DNA of 42,843 nucleotides from positions 120,069-162,911 of the forward strand of contig PS015178.1 of NCBI GenBank assembly GCA_048213135.1, given 5' to 3'. Both the position numbers and the translations under genes were made by a program. The DNA is from Reclinomonas americana ATCC 50394. Its lineage: Eukaryota. This document shows positions 14,249-23,322 of the stretch, piece by piece. A model generated the notes under the pieces. That model did not search any database. It saw nothing but the letters and a program-made list of their open reading frames with translations, and was not told where the DNA came from. How positions within the stretch are numbered: position 1 is the first letter of the stretch; each line of letters starts with the position of its first letter.

Positions 14249-17200
14249 TCAAAAGTCCAGTGGGAACTTGGCTTGCTGTGCTCGGCAGGCAGTGGTGAGT
14301 GAGTTGGCCACTGGCAATAGAAGAAAGACAGAGCTCACCGTGTAGCCAGACTGATGCAAGTAATTCAACTCGTCAGTCATGTACTCGGCATACTGCTTAC
14401 GGTTGACTCCGGCGCAGCACTCCTGAATGACGCGCAACAGGTGCTCAAACGTGTACGCGTAACTCGTCGCACCTGCACGAAAGGATGGTGAGCAACACAG
14501 ATACATTGGAGAGTATCAGCAGTGACGCGCACCGAGAGCCAGCACTTTCGAGGTGCGTACGCCGACATTGTGAGACTCGCTGCCAAAGACCACCACTGGC
14601 GTCATTGCACCGTCCCTTCGCATGTCGGTGATGTGGCTGTGTGGTGTCAAAATAAGCACTCAGAAGGAAACAATCTCGGCTGCGTGCGAACAGTGACGCA
14701 ACCTGCGCATGGCACGAAGCAACTGGCACGCTTGCGCCTCAGAGTTGATGCGGTGCGTTCCACCATAGTACGTGATCACTGTACGCTCGTAGTGAGAACG
14801 GACTGCACAGCCTGCTCTGCTCTTGCAACACGCACCGAGATCAAATGGGACTTGGGCCTTGGCAGCGCGCACAAGCACCCGAAGAGCTCGCTTGATGGTT
14901 GTTGCGTGTGTCACCACGGCGCACTTGGCGTCGGTGGTGTCCAGCCATTGGCGGCGAGTGATGAACAAGTAGTCGCGTACACATCGCTGGAAGAAGCGGG
15001 TGATGAGCACGCTCCACTTGTACTGCGGTCCGACCCACAGAATCTTGCGCTCGTACAGCAGGCGGCCGACTCTGCACGAGAGTGAGCACACTGCATGTAT
15101 TGCGCGTAAGAGAAGATTGGTGGGCACGACAAACTTGAGCACTGGATTGGTGGCCTCGTTGATTCTCGACAGGTAGCCTTCGACGCCGGTGAAGTCGGTG
15201 AATCCTGTACAGCACGACAACGGGTCAGTCACAGTCGCCAGGCACCAGTGAGTGCATTCTAATGCCACACCAACCTTTGGAGTTCCACGTCAGCACATGC
15301 ACACCCTCGTGCCTCCGATAGTACTCGATCTGCATGGGTTTTGCACGAATGAGCAACGAGCAGTCCTGAACAAAGAGATCTCCATCGTGTCACACAAAGA
15401 AACCTGATGCGGCTTCATGTCCGGCAGAATGGCATACGCCGCCGGCGTGTCGCCACCAAACATGGACATCATTTCTGTGGTCGCCAAGAATTATCAGCAC
15501 CGTGGGAGAACGCAGAATCACGCGTGCATGGTCTCACCACTGCGCAGCTCATTCAAGTAGCCGTCGCTGAAGCTGAAGCCGACAAACAGCAGCGTGCAGG
15601 TCGACATGACCGACATGAGGAATGTGCGATACGGTGTTCTGTAAAAAAAACAACAGTGGTCGTCGTCGTGAGCTTGGAATGCTTACTAAGAGTGAGAAGG
15701 CACCGACAATGGAAGAGTCGCACTTGTACAGCAGATTGCGGTATCCCTGACGGGTGAACACCAACGGACCAGTGCCCGTGGTCGAGCCGTGCACCTGCAC
15801 AACCGGTGGAACATTGGTGGCTGTGCACACTTGTCAGACCTCGCTGCCCTTCAATGCAAGCGCGACAGAAACTAACCATAGTCGAACTCTTCCGCCTTCA
15901 TCACCTCGTTCCACCAGCGGTCTACGGAAGGCGGACGGAGGAAAGAGCGGAAAGCGTCGGCGCCGTCGAACGGTGTCTTGCCCGACAGCAGCGAGTCGAA
16001 ATTGGTCGTCAACTGCAAAGCCAGAGATGAGATGTGCACGAATATGCGCATGACACGGCTCGATAATGAGTGCGACGCACGATTCCACGGAAAGGAATGG
16101 AGAGCAAGAGTCGCAAGCGGTTTTTCATCTTGGGTGGAAGAGTGCCACCTGCAGAGAGTGGCACAGATGACATCAGTGGTCTTACCAGTGTCGTCTACTC
16201 GACTGAGGATGCGGAGTACGCACCTGGCAGCGTCAGCACTTGACCACACAGCAGTTTGAGCTGCACGCGGTCAAAGTTCAGTATTGAGAAAATGTTGAGA
16301 GAGATACGATAGCACGAAACTTGCTCGGGACCGAGGTGGTCTTCGAGGACTTGCGCAGCGGCATCGAACTCACGAGCATCGAGGAACGACAGCGTGCCGG
16401 CAACATCGGCCTCGGAGAACTGATCCGGATATAGCTCGCGCGCGAGGCGGGCCATGTTGCGCACAAGGCCATCCCATCTATTTACCAAGTGGTGAGTTAG
16501 TCATATCCGACATGAGTGCCAACCACGACAACACGCAACGTGGGGAAACCGGCCGGTGCCGAGAAGCCACTGCCCACGAATGCCACCACATTGCCGCGCC
16601 GCACAGCTTCAAGGAGCTCTGGAGGAACGTCGCTGAGGTTGGCGGTGGTCTCGATGAGATCGAGATCCGTACGTTCCATCAACATTGGGCCGCCGGGTGT
16701 GAGCGGAGGCTCCGACAGGGAGCGCTCCATTTGCATGCCGAAAATGTCGTCGCTGGACGACCCAGAATCCGAGACTGCGCGCGGCAGTGAGCACCACTCA
16801 CAGCACAACAGAGACACGCCAAAACGCACACACGGATCCGGAATCCATCGACGACTGCGGCGTCTCCGATCGACTCGGCGGGTGTAATGGGGCTGCCGAT
16901 GCAAAGTCGCCGGGTTTGGCCATCCACGTGGGTACGCGCATGTGCGCTGCGCAGAACAAGTCGCCCTGAGGCCAGCACGATTGAGCAACGACGAAGAGTG
17001 CTCACACCAAACCTTCAACTTGCGATATCGCGTCGTCATCGCCGTCATCGTCATCGAGGTCGTCAGCAAACAGATCGTGGTCATCGGAAGCCGCCGCAGA
17101 ATCTGCTATGCAAGCAGTGTCGTGAGAAGAGGAACGGGGGAGAAAGCAGATACGCGCGCAGACACAGGCCACCTTGAAGCGGGAAGCGCCCGAACTTGGA

Positions 17201-17952
17201 GAGATGCACCTGCGCAATGGCCTCTTGCAGACGCGGATCCGCAATGTACTCGTCACACTTGTAGCACCACACCGCCATGTCGGTCAGGCTGATGGCGATG
17301 CAGTTGGTGGTGCCGTCGGCTTCGCACGTGGCCTCGTAGTGCTTCATCATGTGTCCATGCACAAATCTGGCGGCCGCCCGTGAGAAGAGAGCTTCCTGTG
17401 GAAAGATCGAGCGAACACGGCACACGATGTGCTCATACGTACCGCGAACAGTACACTTCGTGTGACTCGAGGTTGAGCCTGGTGTGAATCAGCAACGGAT
17501 CATCATCATCAACAATCCTGACATGACAAACCAGTTCTCGCCCACATGCTCACACTCGCCACACGGACGATGCACTGTGCGGTACACACACACACACGTA
17601 CATGAGAGGAGGAATGTGCGAGAGAGAGAGAGAGAGCGTGCGCGAGGAGAGCAGACCATCAAACAATCGCTTGAGCTCAGCAGAGTCCGGATAAATGACA
17701 TGCCTGGCGACATGCGGGCACACTGTGCGTGTGTATGCGGAAAGTGAGTGATTCCCAGTGAGCTGTGACGCACAGCGACACGGCACCATCACACGCACGG
17801 CGAGAGGAGCTGGCCATGCTGGCGTGCATGCTGACAGCCGCCAGAATGTGCTGTGAGGGCGAAAGAGTGAGTGAGTGAATCGGTGGAGCAGGGGTGGGCG
17901 AGGTTCAACGCACTGGTGCGACACTTCCGTGATGCTCGTCGGCGAGAGACAT
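14249..17952 (-). CDS. zf-UBP + SIR2_2-type (ThsA/FAM118-like) sirtuin + receiver-like domain protein, paralog A (start codon uncertain)
   Basis: Spliced 'CPHV...[33 protein letters not shown]...[17 protein letters not shown]' (zf-UBP). SIR2_2 core: '[22 protein letters not shown]', 'LTTNFDSLL', 'VQVHGS...LVFTRQGY', '[13 protein letters not shown]'. C-terminal 'ILWVG...FDLVIT...PVVVFG...LALGATSY'. Confidence 0.85.
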
Positions 17953-18049
17953 GATGGGAGTTGCTTGGTTGTCCGCAAGCAGGATTTTTTTTTTGGATTG
18001 CAACGTTCATAAGTCGCTGTCTTTGGACACTATCAGTTTCATTACTTGT

Positions 18050-21000
18050 TTAGTACGTGTCGCGGGCATACCCGTGCACCTGCATGGGCACCATGTAGTG
18101 AGCACGAAGGATGCCAACAAAATACGGCAGTGTTACTACCGATCGCGACTGATTACGAAACTGGAGAATTGCCTCGATCTGCCATGTATTCGAGGAGGTC
18201 GCGCTGCGAGGCAGCCGCACAGCACTCCTCCATGGCGCGCAACAGCTGCTCAAAGGTGTACGTGTAACTCGCCGCTCCTGCGCTCACACACGAACGTCAG
18301 CATCTGCCCAGCCGCAGTGGCCGTCCCGACCAACGCACCGAGATTGAGTACTTTGCGAACACGCATGCCCACATTTGGTGACTTGCTACCAAACACAATC
18401 ACTGGCGTCAGTGCGTCGTCGCCTCCGCGATCTGTAATGCGCCTGTACCACCAAGAAAACAGAGATTGGCATGGTGACAATGTGCACGACCACCGACAGT
18501 GTGACTACTCACGCCCGCATCGCTCGCAGGACCTTGCACGCCACGGCTTCGTCTCCCTGCTGCCGTGTGCCACCGTAGTGAGTGATCACTGCACAGTGTA
18601 CAATAGTGAGATGGATCGTACAGCGACACAGCGACGGCAGCTGCAGAAACGCACCCAAGTCGAATCCGCGCTCTCTCTTCAACAACTCCATCGCGCGACC
18701 CATGCGCGTAACAGCCGTCACAATGCAGCACTTGGGGTCACTCGTCTCCAGCCATTGTCGTTGAGTGATGAACAGGTAGTCGCGAACGCATCGCCGCAAG
18801 AACTTTTGAATCAGCACCGACCATCTGTGTGCATTTGTGAGTGTGAGTGCACGATCGCGATCCACCTCAGGCGCGACAAGCATCGGTGTGTCGCCGCAAC
18901 TTGTAATGTGGACCAATCCACAGCAACCGGCGCTCATGCAGCAAGCGTCCAATTCTGTCTCGTCTTTCAGCACAACTTGCAGCAACAGCGACAACAGAGA
19001 GACAGACGAGACCACACCGAAGTACTGGGTTGGTGGCCGCATTGATGCGTGACAGGTAGCCCTCCACGCCACTCCAATCCGTGTAACCTACTTGCGCTTA
19101 GCATCAACGAGCCGAAGGCACGATGAAAACAACGCAAATAAACCTTTTGTGTCCCAAGTCAACACATGCACACCCTCGTGTCGGCGGTAATGCGCAACCT
19201 ACAGCGACAGCAGTGAGCAAGACGATAAGCAGACTACTTTCCTCACGATCGTGTCGCTTCAAAACCTGGTGCGGCTCCATGTCGGGCAGGATCGCGTACG
19301 CTCCGGGTCGATCGCCACCAAACATGGACATCATTTCTGCGGGTACGGGGGATGAGATGCTCAGCACCCAGTTCGTTTCAGCGAGCAAAAAAACAACCGG
19401 CGTACCACTGCGCAGCTCGTTCAGGTAGCCGTCGGTGAAGCTGAATCCGATGAACAGCAGAGTGCAGGTCGAGAAAACCGACATGAGGAAAGTACGATAC
19501 GGCGTGCTGCGACGCAAGGAGTTGGATGAGATGACTTGGCATGCGCGATATGCAGCAACGAATTCTCCCCTTACCGATACAGCAGATTGCGGTAGCCCTG
19601 GCGGGTGAACACCAACGGGCCGTGGCCAGAGGTGGAACCGTGCACTTGCAAGATCGGTGGCACATTCGTGGCTGCCGCGTGAAGCAACAGTTGGTCGATC
19701 TTAGTCACAACGGAAGAGAGGAGAGGCAGAGCCACTCACCATAGTCAAACTCTTCGGCCTTCATCACCTGCCACATGCGATGCAAACAAACGAGTTAGAA
19801 CGGTCCTCCACGATGTGCATCACCAACTGTGATCATGATCACCTCGTTCCACCAGCGATCCACAGGAGGTGGCCGCAAGAACGAGCGGAACGCGTCGGCA
19901 CCATCGAATGGTGTCTTTCCGGGCAGCAGCTGATCAAAGTTGGTGGTCAACTGCGCGACCGATGACGTCAATATCAGCAGAACGGAACACCAGAAGAACC
20001 ATTCAGCATGGCACGCAACAATGCCGCGGAACGGAATGGAAAGCAGCAAGCGCAGTCGGTTCTTCATAGCCGGCGGCAGCACTCCGTCTGCACGTACAGA
20101 TACACAGTCAATGACAAGCACCGCAGGAGATCGATCATGTGCATGAGAACTCACCAGGAAGACTCAGTCCATCAGCCACGAGCGCCTTGAGCTGCTACAG
20201 GATGAGCAAGGGCATATCATCCACCACTTTTGCCGACACGCACCTGCTCAGGGCCCAGGTAGTCCTCCAACACCTGCGCAGCGGCATCGAACTCGCGCCT
20301 CCGGAGAAACGCCAGCGTGCTCTGCACCTTGTCCTCTTGAAACTGTTCCGGGTACACCTCGTGGGCGCGATGCGCGACCTGTCGCACCAGCCCGTCCCAC
20401 CTGCCCCAGCCGCTCGAGTAAGCACACCACCGCATCACCCTTGTCGGTGCGTCATGGCTCGACGCAACGTCGGAAAGCCAGCGGGCGCGGAGAAACCACT
20501 GCCGACAAACGCCACCACATTGCCTCGCGCCACCTCCTGCAGCAGCTCATCGGGAATGCCACTCAGCTCTGCCGTCGTCTCACACAGATCCAGATCCGAC
20601 CGCTCCATCTGCATGACACCACCGGCCGCACTCGGCGTCGATGGGCACTGTTCCGACAGCACACGCTGCAGGTCGGCGAAATCCTCTGCGCCTCCACCAC
20701 TGCCGTTGCTGGCTGTCGTACGCACACACACGCAGATGAGCAAGCAGCGTGGCACACAGAGAACCATAATAAGCACACACGCACAAGTGTCTGATGGCGA
20801 CGAGCGGCTGGAGTTGGGCGGACTCGGCACCAAATCTGGCTCCGCCGCCGCCCATGCGTCAAGACGCGGAGTCGCTGCGATACATAACACAGTGAGCATC
20901 GTTGCTATGTACACCGCGCACAGAGACAGACGCAACGCTCTTCCTCCTCTTCTCCCTCCATCAACTCAGCATGAACACCACTGCCACTGGCCACTGAATG

Positions 21001-21102
21001 GCGCAGATACCGATCATCGCCTGCAGCTGCTGTTGCTGTGGGAGCAGCAGCAGCAGTAGTGGCCCAGAGAACGCGACGTGGCGATCGCTCGGCTTCACTC
21101 AT
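18050..21102 (-). CDS. SIR2_2-type sirtuin + receiver-like domain protein, paralog B (no zf-UBP; low-complexity N-terminus)
   Basis: ATG 21102 'MSEAERSPRR...'. Same motifs as paralog A: '[22 protein letters not shown]', 'LTTNFDQLL', 'LQVHGST', 'LLFIGFSFTDGYL', 'FDLVITHYGG', 'PVIVFG'. The 3' end at 18050 assumes a final intron. Confidence 0.85.
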
Positions 21103-21153
21103 CGTCCGTCGCTGATTACGTCCTGTGATCGTCGTCCTCGCGCGTTTCCGATC

Positions 21154-22422
21154 ATGTTGCAGGCGATTGCGCGACGACTGCCTACGCGTCGCCTTGTCCT
21201 CTGCGCGACTCGCTGCCTGTCGCAGCACAACCGACCACCAACCAGTGGCGATGACATCGATCTGATGTCGCTGCTGCAGGAGCAGAGCAGTGCGCCAGTG
21301 ACGCGCATTGAAGGCGCACGGCCACCACCGCCACCACAAGCCACAGCACCACCAGAGGTCGCACCAGTGCAGACGAGTGCGGGTACTGTGGATCTGAGCA
21401 AGAGTTGAGGCCACACGCGCGCGTGATTGCACAGTTGGATGCTCACATGCATGTGTGGATGCAGTGAGTGGAGGCGAGCTGTACGCGTTTGGGCATCGAT
21501 TGTATGAGCAGCAGGATGTAAAGGGTGCGGCGGAGGCGTGGCGATGGGCGGCGGAGAAGCACGGACACACGGACGCGCAGTATGCGTGGGCTGGTGTGTT
21601 GCGAAAGGGCGAAGGTGGTGTTGCGCGGGATTCGCTGGCTGCAGCCCGGCTTCTGCAGGATCTGGCCGCGCGGGGACACCCGTGGGCGCAAAAGAGTCTG
21701 GCTGACATGCTGTATGCGGGCGAGGGTATCAAGAAGAATGCGGCAGATGCGGTGCGAGGGTGGACGATTGCCGCACAGAATGGCATCGTCACGGCGTTGC
21801 ACAACATTGGTGCGTGCGCTCACTGCAGCAGCAGCATCTGCATACTCGTCTCTCACTTGTGTGCTTTAGGCAATGCCTATGCCTTTGGCGAAGGAGTGGA
21901 AAAGGACGTCGAAAAAGCAATATCGTGGTACTCGAAGGCAGCAGCGCAAGGCGATCCACTGGCGCAGTTCACCCTCGGCGATCGCCACTCGCGTGGCGAC
22001 GGTGTCAAGCAGGACCACAGTCTGGCTTTCGAGTACTTTTCCAAGGCCGCCACACAAGGCCTGGCCAAGGCCATCTTCAACTGCGGTGTGATGCACTTTG
22101 CCGGTCTCGGCACCCCACAAAACCTCCAAAAGGCCGCCGACATGTTCCTCGACTCGGCCTCCAAGGGCTTCGCTGCCGCCGCGGTGCGTGCATCGCTCCG
22201 TCCCACACTCACAACCGAGTGTGTGCTGACTCACAACTGCAGATCAACCTCGGCCACATGTACCGCGACGGCACAGGCATGGAGAAGCCCGATCTCAACC
22301 TCGCCCTGCACTGGTACCGCCGCGCCGCCACGCAAGCCGAAGCCGACGGAAACACCGCACAACGTGAACACGCACAGCTGCTCATCCAACGAGTCACCGA
22401 GCAGCAGCAGCAAAAGTCATGA
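21154..22422 (+). CDS. Sel1-like repeat protein with probable mitochondrial presequence
   Basis: Arg-rich, acid-free N-terminus 'MLQAIARRLPTRRLVLCATRCLS'. Multiple SLR repeats, e.g. 'AYAFGEGVEKDVEKAISWYSKAAAQGDPLAQFTLG' and 'MHFAGLGTPQNLQKAADMFLDSASKG'. Confidence 0.9.
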
Positions 22423-22434
22423 TGATTTGCTTCT

Positions 22435-22988
22435 TCACTTTATCGTCAGTGAACGCTGCGAGTCGGTGATTGTCGTGAAGCGGCCGCGATGATTAAAGTG
22501 CATGAAGCCGGGTCGATGAAACGTGCCCTCAAAGCTCCTGAGCAAGCAGCAGTGTGTGAGAGAGAGAGAGTGCAATCGGAGCATGACAGGTGGAGAATGA
22601 GCTCAACTTGCGCGCCAGCGAGTTGCGCAAGAGAATGGGTCGCAGTCGCCCTGTTTGCTGCACGTAGCCCCACACTGCCAGCGCAAAGCCTGCCACCGTC
22701 TCCACCAACACCTGCACATTGGCGCGCGGGGTGAGTGTTGACAAGCAAGCAAAGAGAGACTGAGAGTGAGAAGACGCACATCAAATGGCGGCCACGTCGA
22801 GTCATCCGCCGCCAACTCCGCGTCCATATCCGCCAGCAGCTGGCGATCTGTGCGTGCGTGTGTGCAGAGTGAGACATGTGCACACGTGTGTTTGCGCAAA
22901 GAAATGCAACGCAACAGTGCCAATAGGAGAACGCTGCGTGACATAGAATCAGCAGGCCAACGAGAACAAACACTTGCGCAAGTCGCAT
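22435..22988 (-). CDS. EMC5: ER membrane protein complex subunit 5 / MMgT family
   Basis: Spliced 'MRLAQVFVLVGLLILCHAAFSYWHYR...PPFDVLVETVAGFALAVWG...FHRPGFMHFNHRGR'. Two TM helices and the characteristic C-terminal F-x-H-R-G motif. Confidence 0.85.
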
Positions 22989-23148
22989 TTGAGAGAGAAG
23001 AGAACGAGAGAGGATGGACTCGTTCACCGATCCGATTGCTCGTGGATCACTCCCTGTCTCTGCTCAAGTCGTTGTTGTGGAGCACAGGCGGCGACGTTCC
23101 TCGCTCAGCTCGACGTCGTCACTAGCGCACGCACGACGAGCAAGGCGA

Positions 23149-23269
23149 ATGGACGTGGAAGTGCGGTGGCCGCACAGTCCCGCAGGCACCGCAGCAGTGG
23201 TCGAGGTCACTGGCAACTTCCCCGCATATGACGTTGCGTCTGTGCACACTGATTGACGCGCACACAAGA

Positions 23270-23322
<53 letters not shown>

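Noticed and set aside
17174-17725. HDAC6 or deubiquitinase gene suggested by the zf-UBP finger
   Set aside because: No HDAC or USP catalytic motifs nearby; the downstream same-strand exons encode the SIR2_2 domain.
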